Assembly: GCA_000708835.1 (NCBI GenBank)
Contig: DF237076.1
Span: forward strand, 1-64,000
DNA: 64,000 nt
From: Klebsormidium nitens
Taxonomy: Eukaryota; Plantae; Klebsormidiophyceae
Direction of reading: 5' to 3'
The notes under the pieces are model-generated. The model ran no database searches. It was not told the origin of the DNA and worked only from the letters and a program-made list of their open reading frames with translations. Position 1 is the first letter of the stretch, and the number at the start of each line of letters is the position of its first letter. The position numbers and the translations under genes were made by a program. Positions 1 to 13,101 of the stretch are shown one piece after another.

Positions 1-1464
1 TCTTTATACGCCGCTGCGCGGCGACGCGGCCGCGGCGCGGCGCGGGAAATTGCAAATTTCAGACGCGGTTCGCGCCAAGAGAACCGCGATTCTCAGCGCG
101 CTGCGCGCACTGAGAATCTACAAATTCTGCTCATGCCAACTCAAGAAGTTGAAGTTGGATGCCAACATGGAGGATTCTTTCTCTGTTCCATTTCTTCGCT
201 CTACCAATTGCAAACCGGGCACTTCAATATAGGGTGTATATGACCGGGTGGTATTGCATAAGTACGTAACGCTTGGGCGTATTTTTATGCCATGTTTCAC
301 GTCGATGTTTGAGCGCTCCTCTCCCCGGCCTGTGGCTAGTGGGAAACTCCCGGGATGCAGAGAGGCCCTCATGTGCATAATACAAGATTTGCACGCGTGC
401 TTTCCATTTTGAACTTTGAAGTGAAAACAATGTAAACAGTTGAAGTCACATGCATTCCTGCATGCCATTCAGAGGGAAGAAAAGCCAGGACGATGCTACG
501 GAGGACGCGTCAAACACTGGCTGAGAGCTTCTGCCACTTAACTAAGCAGACGTCGGTATTAGGCCAAGGAGGATGGGGCGAATGACTGATCCGCATTCTC
601 CTGATCAATAGGCGTTTTAAGATGTGAGAGGTTTTGAGACTTTCTAGTGGCCGACTGGGGCTGACTTGTGAAGAACACTTTAGGACGCCGGACGGCCTTG
701 CAAAGCAAAGGGGGTAAAATGGTCGTCATATCTCATGCATACACGGTAAGTTTGTCTAGATCGAAAGTCCTGCTGACCAGATTAGGGTTTGCCCACAGCA
801 ATCAAAAACTCTGAGACCTGAGGGCATGAGCAGCGGCTTCTTGCAGCATTGTGAGTCGCAATGTCTGTCATTCTACCCGGTCCTCAAACTAGAACGTCCA
901 AAGCACTTGCTGAGAATTAGGATTCGTGTTGCATTCTTGAGGGTAAACTATTCCAAAATGCCCAGGAGCAAAGCTTGTTGCAAAAACGGGTCTAGGATGA
1001 GGAACTCTTAGAAACGTGTGACGGTGATCTTTGTCCAACCTGCAAGAGTTCTTTTGCATCTTGAAAGTTCAGATATGACAGTAAGATTTGAAAGAACTTA
1101 CTGCAACATATAGCATGGTACACTTGAACGCTGGATTGTGGATGCTTGTTTTACCCTCCAAGTGTTAGACAACGTGTGCCCCTTGTTCTTCTCCCCTCAT
1201 AATTTGCTGTAGACATACCTACCTTGCCCATCCCTTAGGAAGGGTGCAATGCAGGATCCGATTGGTAAACCACAGAACGAAGGAACAGTATAGCAGGCTA
1301 GCCTTCCAGTCCGACTGCCTTTGGTAAAATCTTTGCATGTTTCAAGGCAGTTGAATCGAGGAAGCATGTTCTGCTATGGTTGCAAGGCAAAGGTAAATGT
1401 ACAGTGGATTCATGTAACTAGAAGCAATGCAACATGTCCTCAGTCTGCATCTTTCCTCGTGCAG

Positions 1465-4400
1465 GCCGCCTGGGACCAGAGGGTAAAGGACGACTCCTTT
1501 GCCGCGAGGGTGAATCAGACCATCCTGAAGGCTGCTCTAAGAAATGAAATAACCGGGGGGCCAACCGCTGAGAATGCAAGAAGGGATGCCTCAGGGCACC
1601 AGGTAAGCAAACAGCTTGTCAATTTATGGCGTCCTGTTGTCAACCAGAGTAGGTATTGACAACAGAGATGGGGGTTCGAAGCTGGGGACGTCAAGGTTTT
1701 GAGCTTCTAATCTTTCCAGCTTTCTACTTCCTGGTTGCTGAGCGGAGGAAAGAGACTTGGACAGTATCTGCTTATTCATTCAAGAAACGGCAAAGGCAGG
1801 TAACAGATACCAACAGCTCTTGTAATGAGGGCCGAACGACACTCTTTTTAGTGAAAGAGCAGGGTGTCCAAAAGGTAACGCCCTGATGCCTTTGGTAGTC
1901 ACAGGGTTCTTGACTATCAACCTGGGGGGTCTTGAGCTTTTGCTTTTTGTTGCTTCAACCTCTGAACACAGGAGGAATGCCGAAGGGTACATTGTTAGCC
2001 TTTGTGCATTTCTCAATCGTCTTGCAAACGAGGGGTTTATGGGAACCTCGTCGAAACATTTTGTCCTTTTGCTCGTTGAGCTCCAACCCAGTACGCTTTC
2101 TTCTTGTCAGGGAGAGGCCCTGTTGTCGCTGCCGCTGCCAGCCCCCCGGTGGGAACAGCCCCCTTCTCCAGCTGCCGCACAGCTCAACGGGGCCTGCGAG
2201 ATTAGCTCTGCCTTAGGAAGCCATGCCACGTGTCAGCCTGACGTCAGCCGGGAGCCAAGCGGGAATGAGGCCGAGATCCAGCTGCCTGTCAGCAGGTTCG
2301 AGGGGCTACAGGCGTCAACTGGGCAGGGCAGGTCTAACCCCCCACTGACGATGCGCGCTATTAACCGACCGCACACCGCTCGGCCAAGCAGTAAGGGCTC
2401 CAAGCCTGGAGGGAGCACCGGTGTCATGGCTGCCCGGGCTGGTCACCTTACGGACAGGGTCCACGTTATGGACCGAACAGCTGGAGCTCGCCCTGAGAGA
2501 ACTCCCTCTTCCAAGGTTGTGAATAAAAAAGAGGCGTGGGGCGAGAGACAGGGGGGCGCTCAGTCCCTCTCAATCAAAGGATCTACTCCTAGGGGAATGC
2601 AAGGAGTTTCGCGCCCAGTCAGCGGCTCATTGGGGCGGTCAAAGCTGACCCTCGACTTGACCAGCGTGAGGGTTACGGCCGGGAGTGCAACGCCCACGTA
2701 CCGAACGTTCCGCATGCCACGGTCGCCAGCTGTCCGAGCGGCAGCCAATGTCCGGACGCCACCTGGCAAAGCGGCCCTCCAGCAGACGGCTTCCGTGCAA
2801 ATTCTGTGCCTCGAGACTCCTCGTCCGGATGCAGAACCAGTCTCCTCGCCGCCAGTGGGGCCTGGTGGGTCGGAGCCCAGTTCTGAAGCAGCTGTCGAGG
2901 CTGCCCCCGGGACAGAGAGTGCGGCTGTCAGGCAGGAGGCAGCGCCTCCCGCCTTCAAGGAAGAGGTGCCAACGGAAGTTTTGGCGGCCCGGGCGCGGCT
3001 CGAGAAGGTCCAGGAGGACGTGGTAAAATATCCGCTCATGGCGAGGGTGCGGAAGAGCCGGAAGCCGGCGGGGAAGCAGCCCAGCCAGCCTGGGGCGCAG
3101 GTCAGCTTCGCACTGGAAAAAGTCTCGATGCTCATGTTTGGTTACACGCTGTTATCTTCTTCTGAGCTCGGTGCACGTCGTTTGAGTACATCCTGTGATA
3201 TTCAGCTGAGCTCGAGCACGAAGTACGTAGTGAAAGGCGCTCCTCGACCTGACGGGATGCAGGGGCATCTTGACTATTCGACCAATTTGCAGAAGAAATC
3301 AAGGGGTTTGCAGGACGGAGGTCAAGGCTTGATGTAAAGAGTCAAAGCGACCTCGATCTTGATGAATGTCTTCAAAAACTCAGATGGGCCTAAGACTCCC
3401 GGCTTGATGCATTCAGCGCCCTCCGTTCCAAACGCCGTCTCCGTTAGAAAAGCTTCGTTTTCTGTACTCCACTCCGAAGCTCAAACACACTAAGCAAAGT
3501 CCGAGCCTTTGACTCAGAATGCGCTCTGCTGATCTCGATCGGGCAGTTCTCGAAGTGCAGCACACTAACATAATCCTCGAATCTCGTCATGAGACTCGGA
3601 TGTCAACGTTGGCTTCTTGCAAAAGCTATACACCTCCGGTCGGAAAAGGGGACAAGGCTCCGCCTTCAGACGGCCCGTCGTTTGACAAAGCTGGAAAACA
3701 CCCGTCCATCGACTCTTGAAAAGCCACCTGTCTGACATATTGCTTTTCAATCTGCAGATGATTCCGGCCCGGAACTCCGCCGGGCAGATCGTCGGCGAGG
3801 TGGAGATTCCGGCGGACATTGTCAACGGAGAAAACCGCGCGGCAGCCGTTCCTATGGTTCTGGACCGGAACGCCTGGAAGGGCGCCCGGTTGACGGGCCC
3901 CGAGGAGGAGAAGGCGCGGCAAGAAATGAGGCGCGCGTCGCTGCAGCTGTGGCGGAACGCGAACGGGGGCTACGTGGTGCCCAGCAAGGTGTGGTCCAGT
4001 ACCTTTCGGTGCATTTTTTGGCGCCCGGTTTGTCGCTTATTTCCCATCACTTTCCTTTCAAATCCGGTTTGCAACTGTCGCGACCAAATGCGTTACAACC
4101 GAATCCCTAAACCGTTTTCCTTTTGCTTCACCTGAGCTTAAGTCTTAAAGGAACGCTCGATCAGGTATCCTGTCCATGGTCGTAACGCATTGGTCTTACG
4201 CGTCTCAGCACCATGCCAAGCAGAGCAACGTCAGCTTCTCATCTCGGGCGAAAGCCGCCGGGGCAAGAACTGCGGCCTTCGATACCAGGCATCTGATGTA
4301 TGCTCCACAAGAATTGGTGCGCCTAGACACAAACGTGGGCTCTGAGCGAACACTCAGCTCCGCAATAAATCTTTCGAATCCGGATCCGAAAGCATTCGAA

Positions 4401-4987
4401 GTTCGTCCCCGGAACTTAGTATGCAGCTGGACACGTTTTGGACGTTTTCGACGCGTCGAGTCTCACCGTAGTGAAAGAAGGCGCCAACCTTAAACGACCA
4501 GAGACAAGCTTGCGTTTCTTAACCGCATTCCTGACACTTTGAAGGAAGCAGCTAAGTGGACCCCGTCAAGCTCCCGCCGGCTCCGCTTGCGACACAGGCG
4601 AAGGGATTGAAAAAACCAAAGCTTGGAGGAAAGCCAATACCTGGGAACGGTGAATACTACGCGGCGCAGTACCAACACGAAGGGCCTTTACTTCTAGCTT
4701 CGGACATCTTGAGCATCTCACCCTTTTTCGTTTCTTCCCTCTAGCATCGCATCATTTACGAAGGGTCTCAATTTCCAGAGTCAGACCTCTAAAGAACCTC
4801 ACCACTCTCATTTCTTCCATCTGGCCAGCCGATCGTGAGCGACTACCGGGACCAGATGCGGTGGAGGCCGGAGGAGCAGGACCAACTGGACGACACTTAC
4901 CACAGCCATAAGTCCGCATTCAAGGAGCTCATTGAGATGGAGCTTTTGTACCGGCAGAGGATAGCCCTCGCAAAGAGGGACATGTAA
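1465..4987 (+). CDS. Hypothetical multi-exon protein, low-complexity Pro/Ala/Ser-rich centre; 5' end not located
   Basis: In-frame phase-0 exons bounded by canonical sites: 1465-1602 (gcag|GCC..CAG|gtaag), 2111-3100, 3758-3988 (MIPARNSAGQIVGEVEIP...YVVPSK). A probable terminal exon ends at TAA 4985-4987 (..SDYRDQMRWRPEEQDQLDD..ALAKRDM*). The junctions between 3988 and about 4830 are unresolved. No recognisable domain. Confidence 0.55.
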
Positions 4988-6397
4988 ATTGACTAGGACG
5001 GCATCCATTGGGATGTCGTTGGGTTGATTGCATATTAGAGATCAGTAGGGGCGTTGCGTTGGCAGCTGGAACGCGCGACCAGTGGTGTGGCATCAATTAC
5101 GTGCATAGGGATGCCCTAGTAAGGAGATACTTCAGCGGGCGTACTTTGCATTTATGCGGCAAAGGTGCATAGGAGCACAGGAAAAGGAGGGAAACGGACT
5201 TAGCGACCAGCTTAGGGCAACTAAGTAAATGCGGAGAGTTCTGACCCCACGATGTGTCAGTGGCCCGGCCTTGCACGCAATACATGAGAATTAGCACATG
5301 TATGCAAGGCAATCCAGCACTTGTCCTGCGTGCAGAAAGAGGAGTAAATATGAAGCCACTCGTTGTCCGGGCTCCCGCCACATAATCTGCGGAATGTCAC
5401 GGCATAAGACGCGATGATGTTTGATGTACCAGAAAAGTTGACGTCTAAGCCATTCCATGCAACGTTTCGGATGCAGCCATTGTAATGATTGCACTCATGC
5501 ACGACAAAAAAATGCTGGAGTCTAGCCATATGGCCGGTGCAGCATGTCATGTGTCGGACAGCATAACTCGATGGTGTCCTGTGCAGGTGCGCGCACGTAC
5601 ATACATACTGGACTGATCAGCTGTATACCTATATCCATAGACGGTTGCAATCAACTGGAGGACATGATTGAGCAGAATTTTAAGGAGTTTCAGGCATGAC
5701 TCGTCGGATCACATGTGTGATCTTTTCTCAAGCTTGATGCATGCGGCGTGCAACCATGTCATATGTAGCTGGCATCTGAATCCAGTGATTGGTGCGCGGT
5801 GGCGGCTTGGCTTTATAACCAAGAGCTAGCTGGCGCGCGCGGCCAAGCTCTTCGAATTCAATGCATGCCAAGTGAGCTGAACTGAGACACATACGGCCAC
5901 TGCAGGACTCGGGATTCGGCCGCATCTATAAGGTGAAATTTCATCGCAATAATTCTAGATTGTTGCCACGCTCCTAGTCTGAAATGTTTTCTTGCTCGTT
6001 CTTGATTTCTAGCTAAGTATGCGAGCACTGCAAGCGTTGTCTACCGGCCGGTCACTACATCTCGAGAATGAAATAAGGGCAGAGAATTGCGAGCTACACA
6101 ATTTTGACACTCGTTTCCTGCATGACAGCTACAGACAGACCAGATTCAACCCTCTAATTCTGTGCACTATTTCACATCAAAGTTTTAATTTGCGGCCGCT
6201 GCTACAAGGAGGCCCGCCAAGGCAACTCCCAAGACGTTTAAAGACATTACGGGGGGCGCCGCAGCTGATGGCGTAGCAGCAACTGGGGGAGCGTTCCTTA
6301 TTGTCCCATTGATCATGTAAGGGATGTTGCAGGTGTCGAAGACTCCCTTCGCTTTCTGAGCAGCGTCCGAGGGCTGAATGCGTTGAAGGAAAGATGA

Positions 6398-8092
6398 TCA
6401 GACAGAGAGTATAAGCACATAAGTGTTGTTGCCGGATGGAGAAATGGTGACGTATGCAAGGGGAGCATGTATGACTCTGTCAATGCTCATGCACTTATTG
6501 TACAGCAGTCCAGCTAACATCAGAGTGCCCCCTAAGGATTGCGGATCCAGGTCGTATGTCCCGAAACTCCTAAGGCCAACGAAAATCAACCAACCCCTTG
6601 AAGGTTGCAACTTTGGCTTCAAACCAACCAACGAACATTCTAAATCTCAACTCCAATTGAAGCAGGGCAATGTCTTACAGAGGTGGCTGCAGGCGTTCCG
6701 CAACTCTTGAGAGGGTAGTATAAAACCAACCAGCGAACATCTTCAAGTCTTGATTCAGTCGAAGCAGGGCGACAACTTACCGAGGTGGCGACGGACGATC
6801 TGCAAGAGAAGGGGATGCCCTCCACCACTTGACGGCAGGTTTCTGAGCAGGACGACGCTTGGACAACGGCGTTTGTGGTGAGCTGAGTCAGCAGCGTCCC
6901 ACAGGCGGCATAGAACGTCTGCAAAGAGAAGTTGGAAACTGAATGATGGAAGGTGAGGGACAAATAGAGAGCCATGTTTATGACCTCTTTTCGAAACTGT
7001 AAATCCGCCAAAAGGGGAATACCAAGGAATCGGAACTTTGAAAGCTAATCAGCCTTATGAGTGGGGGGGTGCCCTTGACCATCATGCCATCTTTGACGAC
7101 CGCAGGTCTCAAACCATGAAGAGGCCAAAAGGATACCAAACTCCTGAAGCGCCTGAAGGATGCGGTAGGACTGAAGCAGACTTTTCTGTGCAACCTAGTT
7201 AGAACTCAGAGTTGCCTCCATGCAGTTGGTGGTAAAGTCTGAACAGTCAGATGGGAAGTTGCTGGACGTACAAGAAGATTTAGAAACAGCGATGAAAGAG
7301 AACATACCTCCAGGGGGGCAACTTGGAGGAAGCAGAGGGTGGGACACGTCGCTGTTTTCACCGTTTGCACCGCAGCGGTTTCATTAACCAGACCACCACG
7401 GTTCATGCAACTGCAGAGATCACAAGCGCTCTTGATTGTCAGATAGGGCTATAAGTGCGAGGAAGTCAAATGTGATCATGACCACATGTGAGCGGCGTAC
7501 ACTCCAGCGCCTCAGCTTCCATCCAGTGACCCGACCATGATGGGCTGGACTGTCAGCAGTACACATGGCAAGCAAGCGTAAGAAAGTGAACTGATCCCGC
7601 CTGCCTTTCCAAAGGACTCTGCAACCTTATCAAATCTTAACTGAAGCTACCTAAGTGTTGTGCTCTTCGTGCTCCACTGAAAGTTTCAAGGGATACAGTG
7701 ATAACCTAGGAACTGCAGATAGCAAGCTGAACAGCACACCACCATCAAAAGTAATTTTGACAGTAAAGTGACCGCAGTCTCCTACAATGACATCACAAAT
7801 AAGTGTCCTGTCGCCAGCGACCACCTTGTGCTCACCCAGCTAAGGCGTCAGAGTACAACGCAGCCTGGCACTGGTTGGTGCAGAGCAATTGAGACGAGTT
7901 GGTTGTCCTGTAGGCCACCTGAGCAGTGGCGACGAGCTGGAAAGGGCAAGACCCCCCACATTGAGCGGGAAGAGCAGAGAAACAAGGATCGCTGCAGGAT
8001 GTGTCCAGCGCGCGGATGGGTTGCACGTTCAGCATGAGGAGCACTGCCCCCAGGAGAAGAGCTCCAGCGGTCATCTTCGATTTGGAAGCCAT
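6398..8092 (-). CDS. Secreted cysteine-rich protein with repeated C-x3-C motifs (3' end uncertain)
   Basis: ATG 8092, signal-peptide-like MASKSKMTAGALLLGAVLLMLNVQPIRA. Exons 8092-7836, 7410-7308 and 6918-6781 splice in frame at GT/AG sites and carry 13 Cys (SCSDPC, LCTNQC, TCPTLC, SCSETC). The last exon is not resolved; 6398 is taken from a candidate ORF end. Confidence 0.7.
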
Positions 8093-9322
8093 TGTCGCTG
8101 CTGGAACAATGCGGACCGGGACAGCGTCTACGTAGATCTGACGACGGCAGACAGTTGTCAGACCAACATGCCCGGCCACTGCAAATCCTGCAGGTGCTGC
8201 CAACGCCGACGGAAGGCAAGAAAGATACGGTAGTGCAGTATAAGCCAAGGTTTCATTACATACTACTATTACTAGCTCCGACTAGCAGTCGATGCGGTGA
8301 CCCCTAACCCAAAACTATCCTGCTCGGCAAACCCTGTTCCCCGAACCTAACACCCAAGTTAGCCCGATCCGTAGGAGTCCGTTTATAAAATTATTTTTGT
8401 AGCTAATATGCTGATCTGCAATTGTCTGCAATCTCAAATGTATTCGAAGCTTCAAAGTTGTCGACCTCTGATCCTGCCCAGGTGGGCGCTTCTGCTTCTC
8501 TCAGGCCTAGTCAGGGTTCCTGGTACTAGTACCTAGAAGCAGCCTCTGGCTTAGGTCTGAATCCTTTCTGGCAGGTTCCGGTGATCATGTGGGGATCAAG
8601 CGTGGAGCCGAGGACGTGGTGCACGAGCTCATGCGTGTCGGTGGCGCCATAAGTGATTTCACATGTGAGTACGTCCCCGAAATCTCGGGCATCCAATTGC
8701 ACTTCTCTCTGGGCAGTAGATAGGTATGGGCTAACTTTTTGCGTCAGTTTCTGTGCTGCATTTTACTAATATTTCGTCAGGAATTTCTGCTTCACCTTAA
8801 TGTATTTGGCGCTGGTCCAGGAAACCTGATGTAGTGGTGGTGCTTGTTTCCATCAAAGTTTCTGAAAGGCGCTTTGCATCATTTGGTTGCGTTAGACCTT
8901 TCCAATTGTAGGACGTCCCTGTATTCTGACAGATGCATCAGAATATCTGGCCCGGCCCCACCTTATTCGCAAGAGGCCTATCATATACAGAACCTATTCA
9001 AAGATGCTAGAGTCGGCGGCGCTGCCTTCAAAGCACCCGATACATTTTCCCTGTTGAAAATCCATCAATTCGAAACAAGAGGGCAACTCAGATGGTGGTG
9101 GTACTCTTTTCTGACCCAAATAATTGATCGTTTGGCCTCACTTAGGAGACTAAACCTTAGTCAGCCCCAAGGTTGCTGCAAATCAAAAGGTTTCGCTCTC
9201 CAAACTTGCTGTAGGACGAGCCTGACTGTTTGTCCAACTTTTTTGCAGTGACCAAGTGACACGCGCCGTAAGTACTTGGAATTCGCTTTGTTTGGCAGCA
9301 GTCCACTCGCGCATTTTGAAGT

Positions 9323-12300
9323 ATGGCTGAGCCTGTTGTCTTTCCAGGCTTCAAGGAGAAAAGGGTGCTTGTTACAGGTGAGACCCTCGGAGTTCCTGGC
9401 CTTTGCGAGCAATATGTTGTGACAGCGACACAACGGACTGGCAGTTGGTGTATTGTTGGCCTAGTAAGGGCCAATGGTTTAAGTCTGTGGCTTGTCGTCT
9501 TAAAGATTCATGTCTTTGATAAGACGTACTCTGAACCTTCTCATTGAGGCTTCCAGTATGGTTTGGAAGCAGCTATTGTTTCAATTGTATATGCGGTGTT
9601 AAACAGTTGAAGAAGATCAACTATATCAAGTGCGGTATGCCAGGCTCAGTGAAGCTTCATGAAGAAGTGAATGGACTGTCCTCTGGAACCTCATCATCAA
9701 CTGAAACGATCCTGAGGCGTTCTGGAACCAACTCTGAGAGAACGTTTGATCTTGCCTGAATACGTCCAATGATCCTGAGGCGTTCTGGGACCAACTCTCA
9801 GACAATGTTCGAAGTTGTCTGAATTGTCAATGCTCCTGGGATTGAAGTTTCTTAATCTGCTACTGTATGAAAGGATTAGGTCAAGCAAATTGTCTCCTGT
9901 TTTGATCTCTGCTTAGGCCCTTAGGGACTTCGCTTGTCATGGTTGTATGGTTGCATCCTTTCATGGTTTTGTGGTTGGCGAACTGCCAGTATCATTGAAC
10001 TTACTGAATAACTCCTGTCGCCTGATTCAGGCGGGTCTTCTGGGGTCGGTTTTGCGACAGCTCAGGCGTTGAGCGCCAGTGGGGCCGTAGTAACCCTCCT
10101 AGCCCGCAATGAGGAGCCGCTGAAAGCAGCCTGCGAGGAGCTGCCAGGCACGTCACACTACGTCGTGGCGGATCTGACGGAAGTAGCGCAGCTGAAAGCA
10201 GCCGTCGCGGATGCTGTGAGTCGATTTTGCTGGATCGCATCGATGAGAACATCTCTTTCGTTTGATGAAGAAGGTGGCAAAGCTTGCTACATTCTGTTGA
10301 CGAGATGTCTGTACCGTTTCGCACTGAGGATGGGGTCGTTCGGGTCGTTCTGGCAGTGAGCAAAGACATGGAATGCAGTCGAAGCAAAGCTTCTGCGTAG
10401 GTGCACTTGCTGAGTCTCGTGGACCAATCAACCCACCTTACAGTTACCGAAATACATGTGCAAGTTTTTTACTCATCTGAATCAGCTCGCCCTCTCAGGA
10501 ACTTGAAGCAGACCGATTTGCGGTGTGTGTGTGTCTCAAAACTGCGACTGGTTTCTAACCTGGTGTCCCTCCGTGTCCCCTGTGCTAGGTTCAAGTCATG
10601 GGCGGCCTGGATGTGTTGATAGCCAACGGTGAGCATCCCCAATTCAACTCATAGACCGTCAAAACTAATCCTAATGGATGTAGTTCGCCCAGCAATCATA
10701 GCCGTGGGAAGACCTGATTGACGGACCCTGTTAAGAGAGCAGAGACAGTTCAGGAAGTTAATCGAAAGAAACGTTAGACCATCGTTGGCTTCCATTGTTC
10801 GTCCACTTTGCACTTCCAAGCACCAACATCACATGGTGTCTTCCAGGAGCTAACGGCGGGTCCGAGTACCTGGGGCAGCCGGCATGGGAGCCGGAGTCCT
10901 TCACGAGTCTTCACCAGATACACGTCAACTCGTTAGTCACTCTGGCACAGGTTAGCCAACAAGGTCAGCTCCCCGGCTTCACGTTGTGTTCTCCCTTCTT
11001 GACAAAGATTGCATCACTTCGGACGCATGTGTTGTTCTATTGTAAACATATTTTGAGCTTGAAACGGCCCCTTATACCGTCCGTTTGAGAACACATCCGC
11101 TTCTCGTTTCTGTGCGCCCCATGAAGATTCACCGTAAGTAAGTATCCAACGGCGTTTTCGCACCTTCACATCCCCAATGTAGAGGCAACCATCTCGCGAT
11201 CATGGCGCTCGTGATACAGGATGTGACTCTTCTCTCAAAGGAGAGGACAGGACTGTTTCCCATGAAAATCCAGGATTCAGACGGTTGAACTTACTTGGAC
11301 CTCAGTCGGATCGCGCTGTAACAAGTACGTTGACAGGTCAGACGAGCAGTGCTTCGTCCGCTGTCATTCTCCCCTGTTGAGGGAAACAGGATGACATCGT
11401 TTCTCAATGGCTCTGACGTCGTTTCTGACTCGCAGACCGACATCGTTTCTCATCGTCTCAAGTTCTATCTCCTCTCGTGACTGGCAGGCGGCGTTGCCTG
11501 AGCTGATCAAGTCGCGCGGCAACATAGTCTCCGTCTCGTCGGCAGCCGCTGAGACGCCATGGCCGCAAACCACGCCCTACAACGTCGCCAAAGCTGCTCT
11601 CAACGCCCTTATTCACAGTCTCGCAATAGCCCATGCCAAGCACGGAGTGCGCGTCAATGGAGTTTTGCCAGCTTGCATCCACACCCCGCATCTAGATAAG
11701 GTGAGCCGTTGTCGTCAAGCTGCTAGAGTTCGCTGCAATTTGACGCAAGTAAGTCGAGAGTTAGCTTGTTCGGCCGAACTCGCCAGTCCGTACGCTGTTT
11801 GAAAGGCGTGGAGCGTACTTGAAGACGAGAAGCTCCTGTGTGCGCCTTGGCGGATCGCTGTATTGCTCATGTGCCTTGCAAAATAGGCTTGATTGCGTTT
11901 GAGCAAGCACTTTGTTCCGTTCGCCATTTATTTTAAAAAGACATGTGGTTCTTTTCTGGCGTGCAGGCAGCTGAAAAGAAAGGAGTCAGTGCCGAGGAGT
12001 ACGCGAGCGCTCGCGCCAGGAGTCATCCACTCGGCCGGGTTGGGACGGCCAAAGACGTCGCGGGTGCCATTCTTTTTCTGGCGTCTCCAGCTGCCGCATT
12101 TGTCACAGGTAGAGCTGCTTCAACAAGCTGTGTAATTGTGAAGCGTGAAGCATCCTCACTGCCAGTCGTCTTGTACGCCTTTCAAATTTCAGACTGTTTC
12201 GTCCGCCGAAGAGATTGTTATTCATATCTCGTGCTTCAGAACTTGTACCTTCAAAACTACCAAATCATCGACGATGAAGAGACCAATTGGTATAGTTCAC

Positions 12301-12387
12301 CTTTGGTTTGCAGGCGAACTTCTTCGAGTTGACGGTGGGCTTTCGCTAACAAATTGGTTCAATACACAAGAGATGATGAGATCATAA
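9323..12387 (+). CDS. Classical short-chain dehydrogenase/reductase (SDR, FabG-like fold)
   Basis: Seven exons (about 9323-9377, 10031-10215, 10589-10628, 10848-10950, 11488-11700, 11967-12108, 12314-12387). They give VLVTGGSSGVG (TGxxxGxG), LDVLIAN, NIVSVSS, catalytic YNVAK (YxxxK), GVRVNGVLP, HPLGRVG, FVTGELLRVDGG and stop TAA. Confidence 0.93.
9708..9833. repeat. 63-bp tandem duplication in SDR intron 1
   Basis: gatcctgaggcgttctgg(a/g)accaactct(g/c)aga.aa.gtt... starts at 9708 and again at 9771; trace of a third copy at about 9832. Confidence 0.85.
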
Positions 12388-13101
12388 GCCGCCTGGTCAG
12401 AATTTCCAATCCCTGACCATGTTGCCCTTTTCGAGGCTGAGGGATCTTAGAACGCTGAAGAGTTGCTCGGATTCAAAGTTCATGCATCTTGAGTGGATCT
12501 AACTCCCTGTTCCCATCTTCAATCCGAGATTGCAGCATCTGGTGTGCGATCCTATTCTGAGCTCAACGTACAATGTAGTCGCATATGTACCCGTTGAACC
12601 GCTTACGACATGCCAGCGTAAGGTTGATGTAGTGATATGGCCAATCTGATAGGACGGTCCCCAATCGACGCTCGGTTGATTACATCAATCCTCGTTTCAT
12701 GAAAAACGATTTCGTGCAAGCGTACGTATAATGATTGAATGTTAAATTTCTCTCAAGGTGCCTTGCCTTGCGAAGTCTGCACTGTATACTCTCCATTTTG
12801 AATTGCCCGGTTGCATGTGCGGCATGCATGCACGGTCGATAGAGCTGTGGATACAAAAGGTGTCCAATCAAGTGCCGGACAGCTTCCGACCGACGAAAGC
12901 GCAATGTTTGCAGAATTGTGCATATACACTGATCGAATCCACGAATCTCAATGCCAACGTTACAAAAGACATATGCCGCGCTGATGCATGCAATGCGAGA
13001 AAGTCGGAAACCGAATCTTGATCATCGCGTTAACGAAGTGACATACCCTTATAGACCCTCATGCCATACACTGTTTATGCGCATAGCATGGTGCACGAAG
13101 C

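Noticed and set aside
1886-3337. 483-aa ORF taken as a single-exon gene
   Set aside because: It has internal splice sites (acceptor 2110, donor 3101), and both ends read through intron-like sequence.
9600-9770. Several in-frame TGA codons suggesting stop-codon recoding or selenocysteine
   Set aside because: The region is inside SDR intron 1, the paired repeat copy has TCA and CGA at those sites (simple decay), and all traced genes use standard stops.
9708-9833. Repeats here, at 32972-33588 and at 33788-33848 as a CRISPR-like array
   Set aside because: No regular repeat-spacer periodicity with unique spacers, no cas genes, and a eukaryotic context.
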